Positions 11,097 to 21,511 of a stretch of 64,000 nucleotides of DNA are shown piece by piece; position 1 is the stretch's first letter; the number at the start of each line of letters is the position of its first letter. The stretch covers positions 2,720,001 through 2,784,000 of the forward strand of contig CBDFKD010000002.1 of NCBI GenBank assembly GCA_965248695.1. The letters run 5' to 3'. The notes below the pieces were generated by a model. That model made no database searches, was not told where the DNA came from, and was given only the letters and a program-made list of their open reading frames with translations. The stretch comes from Acidobacteriota bacterium (lineage in GTDB: Bacteria; Acidobacteriota; UBA890; WLXD01). The position numbers and the translations under genes are program-made.

Positions 11097-12560
11097 CTAG
11101 CGTATATACCCGAGCGCGCGTAGTTGCTCTAGCAACGTTTCGTTCAGTTTTACGCTTCTGTCGCGCCCGCTGCGACCTTTGGTGACTGTGTCGTCCGTGA
11201 TCTCATGCAGTTGCGCATGCATTTGATAGGAGAGATCGCGATTTATATAGTGCACATCGGTAGTTTCACCGGGATCGAGTTCAAGTTGGTAAAGTTCCGT
11301 GTGACCGGTTCCGATGTCCGTCCAAATTTTCCACGGCCAGGCGATTGCTGCCTTTTTCTCAGTGCCATACAGCGTGCCCTCGGCTACGAGGAACCGGTCG
11401 AAGAAGCTTGACGAAGCACCAGGGGAACGCGGCCCCTTGGTGAGTACCGGCCAAAGCGAAACGCCGGCGCTACAGCCCCAGCGATGGCGGCCTCGCTGTG
11501 CTGCGCGCGCGCATGTTCTACCGTTAGGCAATGAGAACGCAGCTGCTTCAAGTAACGTCGGGAAGATATCGAGAGTCGTCACCGGCAGCGCATAGCGTCC
11601 AGGCTCTATTCTTGGCCCCCATACGATAAACGGAACCCGCAGCAGTTCATTGAACATCGTGTTCCCGTGTCCAATGCCGCTGTTGTGGTCGTTGAACGAT
11701 TCGCCGTGATCAGAGGTAACAATAACGATTGATCGGTCCCACAATTCCTGCTCTTCTAACGCAACGAAAAAGCGTTCGAGTTCGTAATCAGTGAACGCGA
11801 TTTCCTCATCGTAACGATCCAGGACTTCACGTACACTGCCTTGTTCAACGTTTTCCATAAAGCGGCCGAAGAACGGCGGTGGCGCCTTATAGGGCTCGTG
11901 CGGATCGATGAGGTGAACAACAAGAAAGAAGGGCTGCTGCGTGTCTTTGCGGGCCTCAAGCCAGTCAATCGCGAGATTCACAGTGGTATCGGCAGTGCGC
12001 GAGTTCGGTGCCTTGGCAAAAAAGTTGTAGTGGTCAAAGCCCTTTTCGAAACCAAATTCCGGCGCTAAGAAAGTATTGCTAACGATAGCTGTTGCAGCGT
12101 AGCCGACACTACGTAAAATTTGTGCGCTCGTAGGCAACCCCGGATCGAGCTTGACAAATAACTTGTTGCCTTTTCTTAGTAAGTCATCAACCTCAAGTTT
12201 GAGGGCATCAACCTCATTTGGCCTTGAGTTGGTCATGCCGTGAGCGACGATACCCGCGCCATGTCGTGTCGGTAGATGACCGGTGAACATCGAGCCCATT
12301 GCGGGCGCTGTCCATGACGAGGACGAAAACGCACGCTCAAACACAGCCGCATTACGCGCGCGCTCATCAAGGAAGGGCGAGGTAGGTCGTTCGTAACCGT
12401 AGGTGCCGAGGTGGTCGGCACGTAGCGTGTCAACGACGATCAGAATGATGGCAGGACGGTCGTCGCCAATTTCACCACCGCAGGTAGCGAGTGCGAGGCC
12501 TAATATCGCAGTCGCTATCAGCAAGAGTAAGCAACTGCCTAAGGTCAGGGATTTTCTCAC
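11097..12560 (-). CDS. Sulfatase-family hydrolase
   Basis: IILIVVDTLRADHLG, SSSSWTAPA, HLIDPHEPY, TSDHGE, C-terminal QLRALGYI; N-terminal signal/TM. Confidence 0.9.
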   Translation of the reverse strand: MRKSLTLGSCLLLLIATAILGLALATCGGEIGDDRPAIILIVVDTLRADHLGTYGYERPTSPFLDERARNAAVFERAFSSSSWTAPAMGSMFTGHLPTRHGAGIVAHGMTNSRPNEVDALKLEVDDLLRKGNKLFVKLDPGLPTSAQILRSVGYAATAIVSNTFLAPEFGFEKGFDHYNFFAKAPNSRTADTTVNLAIDWLEARKDTQQPFFLVVHLIDPHEPYKAPPPFFGRFMENVEQGSVREVLDRYDEEIAFTDYELERFFVALEEQELWDRSIVIVTSDHGESFNDHNSGIGHGNTMFNELLRVPFIVWGPRIEPGRYALPVTTLDIFPTLLEAAAFSLPNGRTCARAAQRGRHRWGCSAGVSLWPVLTKGPRSPGASSSFFDRFLVAEGTLYGTEKKAAIAWPWKIWTDIGTGHTELYQLELDPGETTDVHYINRDLSYQMHAQLHEITDDTVTKGRSGRDRSVKLNETLLEQLRALGYIR

Positions 12561-12663
12561 GTTGTAATATCCAGTGTATTGGAGAGGGGCGGTTACGAGA
12601 AGATGTTCAACCCTGACCTGCCCCCGGTTTCTGACCCAGTCAGAGGTGGACACTCGGCGCTTC

Positions 12664-13790
12664 TGACCTGCCCCCCAAAGCTGGACACATCAAAACGAGA
12701 AAATCTCGGGGTATGAGTGCTCATCCTTCGGCAACCTGTTGGAGCTGTTGGACATACACAGCCGGAGCTAGATATCCCAAGGAAGAATGCGGTCTCGTTT
12801 CGTTGTACTCCCGGCGCCACCCCTCCAGCTGTTCCTGGGCCTCAGAGAGGCTCAGGAACCAGCTCTGGCTCAGACACTCGTCCCTGAGTTTGCCGTTGAA
12901 GCTCTCGATCCATGCATTCTCCACCGGCTTGCCCGGCCGGATGAACTCTAGCTGCACGCCGTGGCGGTACGCCCACGAGTCCATCGCCTGGGAGTAGAAC
13001 TCCGAGCCGTTGTCGACGGTGATGATCCTCGGTAGCGACCGCTGCAGCGAGAGCCGCTCGAGCACCTGCGCGACCCGCTGCCCGGTCATTGACACCCCGG
13101 CCTCCAGCACGGGGCACTCGTGGCTGAAGTGGTCCACGACCGTCAGCACCCGGAAGTAGCGGCCACTGTCCAGTCGGTCCGTGATGAAGTCCATGCTCCA
13201 GCGCTCGTTCGGCGCACTGGCGGCCGGCAGCGATACCCGCGTGTGGCTCGCCCGCTTGCGGCGGCGTTTCACCCGGATCGACAGCTCCTCCTGCCGATAC
13301 AGTCGGTAGATGCGCTTGTGGTTCACCTGCCAGCCTTCTCGTCTCAACATCACCCACAATCGTCGGTATCCGAACCGCGGTCTCGCCGCCGCGAGCTCTC
13401 GGAGCCGCTTCCGGAGCACTGGATCATCCTGCTTGCGGCTCTGGTACCGATGGCTCGAACGTCCGAACCGGATCAGCCTGCACGCTCGCCTCTCGCTGAT
13501 CTCGAATGCCTCTCTGAGGCATCTCACGAGCCGGCGTTTGCGTACAGCTGCCGCAGCTCTGCCACGCCCATGCCGGCGAACTTCCGCCGCCACGCGTAGA
13601 ACGTCTGCGGCGCCACCCCCATCTTCCGGCAGATCTCCCGCACCGGCGTCCCCGCCTCCGCCTGCCTCAGCGCGTACGCGATCTGCTCGTCCGTGTACCT
13701 CTTCTTCTTCATCCGTCCTCCCGGTTCGAGGACTACGGTACACGCCGATGTGTCAACCTCCACCCGGACCAGTTTTCGGGGTTTGGGTCA
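12664..13790 (-). mobile_element. IS3-family element with internally deleted OrfA (OrfB ~13545-12721)
   Basis: Ends TGACCTGCCCC and GGGTTTGGGTCA; MKKKRYTDEQIAYALRQAE; [30 protein letters not shown]. Confidence 0.9.
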
Positions 13791-14077
13791 GTTTGGTCAC
13801 GTGCACCGGGGAGTGTCGGGACACTGTGCCGTCAGCCAGTTCGCCTTTTGCCGATATTTAGACTCTACTGCTCTCCAATCGGGCTGTGCCAGCGGCCTTC
13901 GACTCGCGCTTGCCTAACATTTTACTACAGTTGGCAACCTTTCGTTACTCCACGTGTCGAACCTGCTCGGTCCGGCGATAGGGAGATTTTCGTCGGGGGG
14001 GGGGGGACGAATCACTCTTCCGCCGCGAGACACCGATCTGCCAGATTCTCGGACCCTGATAACTCCATAGCTGCTGG

Positions 14078-15037
14078 TCAGAAGTGATACTTCATGTTAA
14101 GGCTGATTCCCCAGAACTGAATGTCACGCGTCTTTACATAGTAGGTAACGGGGACCGGCGGGTTACCGGCTACCGACGCATGATCGCGGAGAGAATCATA
14201 TGCTGACTCGCCATCGAATTCACGGAAACTCGCCCATCGGAACTTGAGCCCGAGGGTGACCAGATCGTTGACCGGATAATCCAGGCCCGCCACCGCCTGG
14301 TAGCCGAGCAGCGGATCCGACAATTTAGCTCTGTCAGTAGTGATCGTGCCGGCAATTTCCCGGTTTAACGCCTGGGCTGTCGCCAGCGCATCACCACTCA
14401 ACCCCTCGGTATCGAATACCGTGATGTTCTCGGGGTCACTCGTCCGGTGCCAGAGAGTCCGGTACGCAAGCGAGACTTTCGCAAAGCCGACTCCAATCCC
14501 CAGATACGGCGTAAACTTCGAATCAGAGCGAAAGTCGTAGTACATGTTGGCAAAAACGTTGTGCGACAATACGTCATCGACTCCATCCATGACAGTCTGG
14601 AATCCCGGATCCGTGCCGGGGTTATAGTTTGTTGCGGAATCATAGGGAACATCCGTGCTCTCATGGGTTGCGCTGCGATAGAAATATTCGCCCTCCGCCC
14701 TGAAGTTCCCCAAGCGATACCCCAAGGCCAAACCAGCCAGGATTCCCCTGCCGCCATCAAACGACTCGTCCATAGGGCCCCAAGCTGAGGGGGCATTGCC
14801 ACATGCTCCTTCTTCTACCTGAAAACCGTCTGGGTTTATGGTCTTGTCGCATCGGATCGCTGAATGCGCCGCATCCGCACTTGATACCCAATCATCCAGT
14901 CCCCCGGTCTTCACGTCCATTTCCGGAGCTACCGCAACCCCCAGGTCAATCCCCATGTACCAGCCGTCCTGGGCCAACACCGGGCCGGAGGAGACCACCA
15001 AAGCGATCACCAGGAGGACGAGCAAGAGTTTCTTCAT
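14078..15037 (-). CDS. Outer-membrane beta-barrel protein (opacity/OmpA-like porin family)
   Basis: Signal peptide, GWYMGIDLG, FRAEGEY, FTPYLGIGVG, terminal Phe (MKYHF). Confidence 0.8.
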   Translation of the reverse strand: MKKLLLVLLVIALVVSSGPVLAQDGWYMGIDLGVAVAPEMDVKTGGLDDWVSSADAAHSAIRCDKTINPDGFQVEEGACGNAPSAWGPMDESFDGGRGILAGLALGYRLGNFRAEGEYFYRSATHESTDVPYDSATNYNPGTDPGFQTVMDGVDDVLSHNVFANMYYDFRSDSKFTPYLGIGVGFAKVSLAYRTLWHRTSDPENITVFDTEGLSGDALATAQALNREIAGTITTDRAKLSDPLLGYQAVAGLDYPVNDLVTLGLKFRWASFREFDGESAYDSLRDHASVAGNPPVPVTYYVKTRDIQFWGISLNMKYHF

Positions 15038-15145
15038 GATGCCACCCCTCTTTACTTTTCGATTCGGAATTTCCTAGTTTAAGGTCTTTACTAGCTGTCT
15101 TCCCATCGGGTCTATTCGATCTCGTACTGAGACGAAAACCTTATT

Positions 15146-15481
15146 GGCTTAGAGGACAGAAAGTCGATGGACATCGTAGAGATCTTCGAGCGGTTCCCAA
15201 CCCAGGAAGATTGCATCGCTCATATGGAGCATTCCCGCTGGGGCAACAAGCCCGTCTGCCCCTATTGTGGCTCTCTCAACACCGCTCCCTGCGAGCATCG
15301 GCACCGCTGCTACGACTGCATCACTTCGTTCAGCGTAACTGTCGGCACGATCTTCCACCACACGCACTTGCCGCTTCAGAAGTGGTTCCTGGCGATCATG
15401 CTCATGCTGAACGACAAGAAAGGGCTCTCGGCACTTCAGCTGTCCCGCGATCTGAACGTGAACAAAAACACTGCTTGGCGC
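15146..15481 (+). mobile_element. IS1595-family transposase N-terminal fragment, cut by IS3
   Basis: RWGNKPVCPYCG...CYDC zinc ribbon, TVGTIFHHTHLPLQKWF, KKGLSALQL. Confidence 0.85.
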
Positions 15482-18112
15482 TGACCTGACCCCCGAAAAC
15501 GGATCCGGATGTAATCTCACGATCTGGGTCAAGAACGGGAGGTCAGAATGCCGAGTAAGAGGCACAGCGCCGAGCAGATCGTACGCAAGCTCCGGGAGGC
15601 TGAGGTGGAGCTGGCTCGAGGGGCGACGGTCAAGGATGCCTGCCGCAAGCTAGCAATCACCGAGCACACCTACTACCGGTGGCGGCGAGAGTACGGCGGA
15701 CTGAAGCTCAACCAGGCCAGAAAGCTCAAGCAACTGGAGAAGGAGAATGCCCGGCTCAAGAGGCTGGTGGCGGAAAAGGAACTCGACCTGTCGATCCTGA
15801 AGGAAGTGGCGGAGGGAAACTTCTGAGCCCAGCTCGGCGGCGAGAGGCGGTGGCACATGTACGGGGGCGGCTGGGCGTCTCGGAGAGGCGGGCGTGTCGG
15901 GTACTGAAACAACCACGCACGACACACCGGTACGTGCCAAGAGAGCCGCAACAGGAGCAGATTTTGACGGAGCGGATCGTGGATTTAGCCCGACAGTACG
16001 GGCGCTACGGATATCGGAGGGTGACAGCGTTGCTGCGCATGGAGGGCTGGTCCGTGAACCACAAACGAGTGCAGCGTATCTGGCGGCGCGAAGGGCTGAA
16101 AGTACCGAGAAAACAGCCCAAACGAGCACGGCTGTGGCTGAGCGATGGCTCCTGCATCCGGCTGCGCCCACAGCACCGGGATCATGTCTGGGCGTATGAC
16201 TTCCTGCACCACCGGACGCACGACGGTCGGGCTATGAGGCTGCTGACGATCGTCGATGAGTACACACGAGAAAGCCTGGCGATCCATGTAGCGGATGTGC
16301 CCCGAATGTCGTGGAAATTGGATGAGCGTCTCCTCCGCGACGACGGATGATCCTATCGGTTAGGCGGCCTGTTTGTCGGGGCCGCACGTGAGCTGAGCCA
16401 AGAACCGGTGGCCATCGATGCGTCGCATGCGGATCTGGCCGAAGGCGACCAGGCTCCACAGCAACGTCACCCCAGCGGCCTCGGTCGAGAACGAGCCCTG
16501 CGTCTTGGTACGACGACGGAACTCCCGGTTCAGGTTCTCGAGGGCGTTGGTGGTGCGCAGCGTCTTCCACATCGGCTTCGGGAACTGGTAGAAAGTCAGC
16601 AGGTTCAAGCCGGCCTCCTGCAGGCTCCGGGCCACGGCGGGCACGAGGGTCGACCACTTGCGTACGAAGGCGGCGTAGGCGGCTCTGGCCTGGTTGCCGT
16701 CATCGGCCCGGACGATCGCATCCCAGTCCCGCTTCATCTCCGCACGTGCATGAACCGGGCAGTGGTCGCGTAAGTTGCTCCACTTGTGTTGTGTGCACCG
16801 CTGCACCGACACATCGGGCCATACCTCGATCGCCTTGGCCAGGCCCTTGTGGCCGTCGGCGATCAGCACCTCCGGCGCCTGCAGCCCTCGTCTCACCAGC
16901 GACTCGATCAGTCCTTGCCAGTGCACCGCTGCCTCCGAGACCGCCAACTGCAACGCTACCAACACCTTCTGGCCGTCGGGCTGGACCCCGAGCACCGCCA
17001 GTACCGGCGCCGACACGACCCGCCTCGCCAGCCTGACCTTCAGATGGAACCCGTCCAAATACAGGATCCAGTACCGCTCGCCTGACACATCTCGCTGTCT
17101 CCAGCGCTCGAAGTACGCCTTCAGGCGCCCCACCACCCTGGAGATCGTGCTCTTGGTCAGGTGCGCCTTGCCCAGCAGCGGAGAGAGCGCCTTGCGGATC
17201 CGCCGGGTGTTGGCTCCCGCCAGGTATGCTCCCAGGATCGCCTCGTCCACCTGCCGGGCTCGCCGTGCGTACCGTGGCAGGATCGCGCTGCGGAACTCTC
17301 GGGTGCTGCCGTCTTGCCCCACGATGCGCCCCCGCGGTATGTCCAGCTCCTGGAGCCCTTGGGCTGTCGTCACCCGACGCCTTTGGCTGCCGTTGCGGTA
17401 GCCTCGCCGCTGCCCGTTGCGCTCGTATCGGTCGCAACCCAGCGCCTCGGTGAGCTCCTCGTCAAGCGTCATCTGGATCGCCTCGCGGATCCTGGTGCGC
17501 AACAGCGCCTGTACGTCCTGCCGGAACTCGACGAGCCCGGTTCCCTCCGTGCTAACCTGCTTCACGGCGTAGCCTCCTGCCGCTCGTGGCGGCTTTGTGT
17601 TTTTCCTACTCGGAGGTTACGCCATCTTTATTTCCACAGGACTCGGGCCGGATCCCATGTAGCACGGAAGCTCAACTCTGAGGACGTGCTGGAGCAGCTC
17701 GGGAGGTTGTTCGTACACCGGGGCATACCTGAGCACATCCGGTCGGATAACGGACCAGAGTTCACCGCCGAGGCGGTTCGCGACTGGCTGGGCCGGTTGG
17801 GCGTGGGGACGCTGTTCATCGAGCCGGGCTCGCCGTGGGAGAACGGTTACGTGGAGAGCTTCAACGGCAAGCTACGCGACGAGCTGCTGGATGGAGAGAT
17901 CTTCTACACGCTCAAGGAGGCAAAGGTTCTGATCGAGAGATGGCGTCAGCACTACAACCGCATGCGACCGCACAGCTCGCTGAGCTATCGGCCGCCCGCA
18001 CCCGAAGCGACGTTGTTGAAGCCGGCTGCGCTCCGCTTCGCCGGCCTCAACAACCTCTTGTCAGCACCGAGTTACTGAGATAAGACATGGTACTAACCGC
18101 GGGGTCAGGTCA
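15482..18112 (+). mobile_element. IS3-family element (OrfA 15548-15826; OrfB split by IS256)
   Basis: TIR TGACCTGACCCC / GGGGTCAGGTCA; G-GGA-AAC slippery site near 15814; YGYRR, WAYDF, IRSDNGPEF, ESFNGKLRDE. Confidence 0.92.
16293..17655 (-). mobile_element. IS256-family element (transposase 17565-16360)
   Basis: LYLDGFHLK, IADGHKGL, QRCTQH, TTNALENLNREF; TIRs beginning GGAT; 8-bp TSD CATGTAGC at 16285-16292 and 17656-17663. Confidence 0.93.
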
Positions 18113-18399
18113 TGACGGCCAAGGCTGCTGCCAAAGACAAGATGAAGGGGCGGCACATGCGCGCCTTTGTGCGGGAGCGAATTGACACGTCCAAGGCCAG
18201 CCTGATCCGGAGAGGGAGACGGAAACGGGGACGCGGAAAGGGATCGGGACGTCAGCGACAGCATCGCCCTGGCGATCCGTGGAGGCAAGATCCGGTTCGA
18301 TAGCGTCGATGTCGCCGGCTTCGGCTTCGAGGGAGACCTAGCGTTCGACGAGTACATGCCCCTCGAGGACTGGCGTTACGAGGAGCGATCGCCGGGGTA

Positions 18400-19030
18400 G
18401 TGTGCGACGATACCCTTCCCGGTTCGCGATCTCGTCGTTCCGACCGGTCATCTCCCAGCGAATCAGGGAGATCGGGATCATTCCGGAGCTCCAGAACGCG
18501 TCCATGAAGTCTCGCAAGACGAAGTCGTCGCCGAGCTCGTGGCCGCGCTCCTGGATCAGCCCGTTGATCTGCTGCTTGCCGAGCACCATGCCGGTGTGCC
18601 AACCCGGGGTGCGTAGCGTGGTCTCCATCTCGAACCAGACTTCGTGGCCCCCTTCCACCATCCAGCTGTACGGAGTCTGCTCGTAGCAGAAGCGATTCGC
18701 CTCCGGGAGGGTGAGCTCGTTGGCGTGCATCTTCAGGTCCGCCATGGCGCGTACCGACCGGAACGCGGTGGCGATGTGGACAAGCTCGCGAACGCGGGGG
18801 AACGCGTCGAGCAATCCGACGTTCATGAGCAGCTCCTCGAGGGCGAACGCCTGGCCCTCGGAGCGCACCATGTCGATCTCGAACAGGCGCGCCTGCCCGC
18901 GCAGCGGTCGGTCGTCGTGCCGTCGCCGGAGCTCGTCGAGATTGTGTCCGAGCATGTTGTGGGCCAGCTCGGGTAAGGGGTTGCGGTCACGGTGCTGCTC
19001 GAAGAAATCGGCGACGCCGCCCGGATTGTC
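18400..19030 (-). pseudogene. DUF885-like protein C-terminal fragment
   Basis: EGQAFALEE, RAMADLKMH, GDDFVLRDFMDAF..GMIPISL. Confidence 0.6.
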
Positions 19031-19034
19031 GGGC

Positions 19035-19820
19035 GAGGTAACGGTCCAACCGCGCAACAAGGGCGTCACCAACATCGTGCTCGCGAGTCTGGATGAAGAG
19101 ATCGAAGTGAAAGCAGGACAAACCGTTGAGCTGTTCGTCAACTACACCGACCCCAACAACAAGGACGCCCACATCGGGGGCGCGGAGATGATCGTCCCCA
19201 TAGCGGGGACCGATTACACGGCCTGGGACGGTGCCGACGGCGCGGGCAGTCTCATTACCTCCCAGGTTGACCTGTCGAGCACGGAGTTTTCCGGCTCCGA
19301 CTGCAAGATCGTGGCCACCAACAATGCGGCCACGACGGGTTATCTACGCGGCCCCGGCGCCGTGGCCGGCATGCAGGTACGGGGCAGGCCGCTGTATCGG
19401 TACTCTCCCGTATCACGCCGCGGCAAAGGCTCGGCCGACAGCATCACTGACTACGGGGAGCGGTGGTTGCGCATCGACATGCCCTATCAGGACAACGTGG
19501 AGGTGGCGCAAGACGTGGCGAACTTCATCGCCAATCTCCACGACGGGATCCTCAATATCCCGACCGAGGTGGCGCCGATGACCGAGAGGCCGGAGGTGTT
19601 GGCCTCGTGTCTGTCGGTGGATATCGGCTCCAGGGTCAAGGTAACCGAGCAGGAGTCTGGGGTGGATGGCGCGGAATTGTTCGTCAACGGCCTCCGTGGC
19701 CGGGTGCTCAACAACGTCGTGAGCTTGGAGTGGATCGTGGCGCCGGCTGATACGACGGCCGTGTTCATTCTGGATGATCCGGTGGCCGGGATCCTGGACG
19801 CCAACGCACTGGGGTACTGA
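19035..19820 (+). CDS. Phage tail protein, C-terminal fragment
   Basis: DSITDYGERWLRIDMPY..DIGSRVKV..FILDDPVAGILDANALGY resembles siphovirus tail/baseplate C-termini; 5' end lost at a junction. Confidence 0.6.
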   Translation, partial: EVTVQPRNKGVTNIVLASLDEEIEVKAGQTVELFVNYTDPNNKDAHIGGAEMIVPIAGTDYTAWDGADGAGSLITSQVDLSSTEFSGSDCKIVATNNAATTGYLRGPGAVAGMQVRGRPLYRYSPVSRRGKGSADSITDYGERWLRIDMPYQDNVEVAQDVANFIANLHDGILNIPTEVAPMTERPEVLASCLSVDIGSRVKVTEQESGVDGAELFVNGLRGRVLNNVVSLEWIVAPADTTAVFILDDPVAGILDANALGY

Positions 19821-20062
19821 TGATGCACCGCTACATACTGGGCATTCGGGACCAGCACTTGGTCGTTGACGAGACCAGGTTGCTTGCCAAGCTCGACCAA
19901 CAGGTCGCCAAGTCACAGCGTCTGGGAGCGCGCATCCAGGTGCACCCGGAGGGCGAGGAGATTGTGGCGTACTGCAACCACGGCCGCTGGGTGGCGGACT
20001 GCCCGTGCGGCGGGGGCGTGGCGGTGGAGCCGGAGTTTGACAAGGCGATGGCAATGCCTCTG
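19820..20062 (+). CDS. Phage hypothetical protein (Cys-containing), probably truncated
   Basis: AYCNHGRWVADCPCGGG; TGATG coupling to upstream gene. Confidence 0.5.
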
Positions 20063-20700
20063 AGACCATCGATGGGGCCACCACGTTCGTGGTGAACTAC
20101 GAGGATCAGGCCGTTGTCCTCGCGTGCGACGGGACCAACTGGGAGACGCTAGCGCGGACCAGCACGCCGGTCTCCGCAATGGCCTTGATCGCCGCGGCGA
20201 CGCCAGCCAGCGGAACGATCTCGATGAGCTCCCTCACCACCACCGACTACGACGCGCTGTGGCTGGTGGTTACGGGTCTGGAGTCCGATACCGATCAGGA
20301 TGAAGTAGAGATGCAGCTCAATGCCACCACCGCGGGCTACCACTATGCGGACGAGATCGTCAGCGAGACGACCATCGAGCAATCCTTCGGCGCCGGCAAC
20401 GCCGGCTCGATCAAGCTGCTGTCCAATAGCGTCGGGGCCCGGAGGCTGGGCAATGCCGCCGATGAGGGGGCGTTCTTTTCGGTCTGGATCGACAACGACC
20501 ACCACGCCAACGAGTTTCTGGTGTTTTACCAAGGCTCCTATGTGGACGCTGACGGCAGGCTCTGGTCCTCGCTCGGCGGCAGCGGCTGGGTGGATCTGGG
20601 CACCGCCACCTCGATCACGCAGATTGACATCAAGGCCACCACGGGCAACCTGGATGCAGGCACAGCACGTTTGTACGGGCTCCGAAAGGCGGCGGCATGA
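20062..20700 (+). CDS. Phage tail fibre-like protein fragment
   Basis: VLACDGTNW, SITQIDIKATTGNLDAGTARLYG beta-rich tail-fibre-like C-terminus. Confidence 0.55.
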   Translation, partial: ETIDGATTFVVNYEDQAVVLACDGTNWETLARTSTPVSAMALIAAATPASGTISMSSLTTTDYDALWLVVTGLESDTDQDEVEMQLNATTAGYHYADEIVSETTIEQSFGAGNAGSIKLLSNSVGARRLGNAADEGAFFSVWIDNDHHANEFLVFYQGSYVDADGRLWSSLGGSGWVDLGTATSITQIDIKATTGNLDAGTARLYGLRKAAA

Positions 20701-21125
20701 ACTACAAGCTCCTGGTGCGGGATGAGGACGGAGAGATCCTGGCCTCAAGGCGCGCACCGAAACAGCCGGATGGCTCCTATGAAGGGCAGCCCCTGGACTA
20801 CGTCGCGCCCAACGATCCGAAGGCCGTGCGCTACGGCATCGACGAGGTTGTGGCCACGGACGTGTGGACGGGCTCCGGCGCCCTGCGCTCCGGCTACTCG
20901 GTGGTTGTGATCGACTCCGCAGTGCACCCGAAGATGACAGCGCACAAGGTGCTGGAGGGGCAGCTGGTGGACAAGAGTGCCTCGGAGCGGGAGGCTTCGG
21001 AGCGGGCCTCCAAGCCGGCCGAGGAGCGCCGGCGCGAGGATGCGCTCGCGTGGCTGGCAGAAAACCCCGATGCGTTGGTGCCCGCCTCACGAGTGTTGCA
21101 GTTGATGGGGCAGGCGGATGCATGA
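20697..21125 (+). CDS. Phage hypothetical protein (tail-fibre associated)
   Basis: ATGA-coupled to the fibre gene; coding-like composition. Confidence 0.55.
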   Translation: MNYKLLVRDEDGEILASRRAPKQPDGSYEGQPLDYVAPNDPKAVRYGIDEVVATDVWTGSGALRSGYSVVVIDSAVHPKMTAHKVLEGQLVDKSASEREASERASKPAEERRREDALAWLAENPDALVPASRVLQLMGQADA

Positions 21126-21234
21126 GGGGGTCGCGCAGCTGGACTACGAGGCTCTGGAGCGGCGTGGGCGATCTGCTCGGGCTAGGGCCAATGGACCTAT
21201 ACGTCAAGAGCGTGGAGCCGAGGAGAGGGGCCGA

Positions 21235-21423
21235 ATGACGGTGCAAGCCGAGGAAGCTGAGCGGCAGCCTGTTACGGACTACAGCCCCCGTTGCTGGAAG
21301 TGCGACCGAACATTGGCCGGACACGTCACCCGTCCCTGGTCGCTGCGTTGCCGCAAATGCGGCACGCTGAACCATCGTCGAGTTGCTATCCAACAACACG
21401 TCGAGCAACATAAGCACCTGTAG
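21235..21423 (+). CDS. Mu Com-family zinc-finger regulator
   Basis: RCWKCDRTLA...LRCRKCGTLN matches the Com CxxC..CxxC pattern; GAGGAGAGG RBS upstream. Confidence 0.75.
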   Translation: MTVQAEEAERQPVTDYSPRCWKCDRTLAGHVTRPWSLRCRKCGTLNHRRVAIQQHVEQHKHL

Positions 21424-21466
21424 CGGACCCAGCGTCCCGAACCGCACATCCAAGCGGACCGAGCGT

Positions 21467-21504
21467 CCCGTGCGCAAGCACCTTTCGCACGGGGCTTTCT
21501 TTTT
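21467..21504 (+). terminator. Rho-independent terminator
   Basis: Stem CCCGTGCG / CGCACGGG followed by GCTTTCTTTTT. Confidence 0.7.
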
Positions 21505-21511
21505 GGGTGAC

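Noticed and set aside
13995-14006. G12 homopolymer as a phase-variation tract
   Set aside because: Lies downstream of the OMP stop in non-coding or decayed DNA; no gene it would switch
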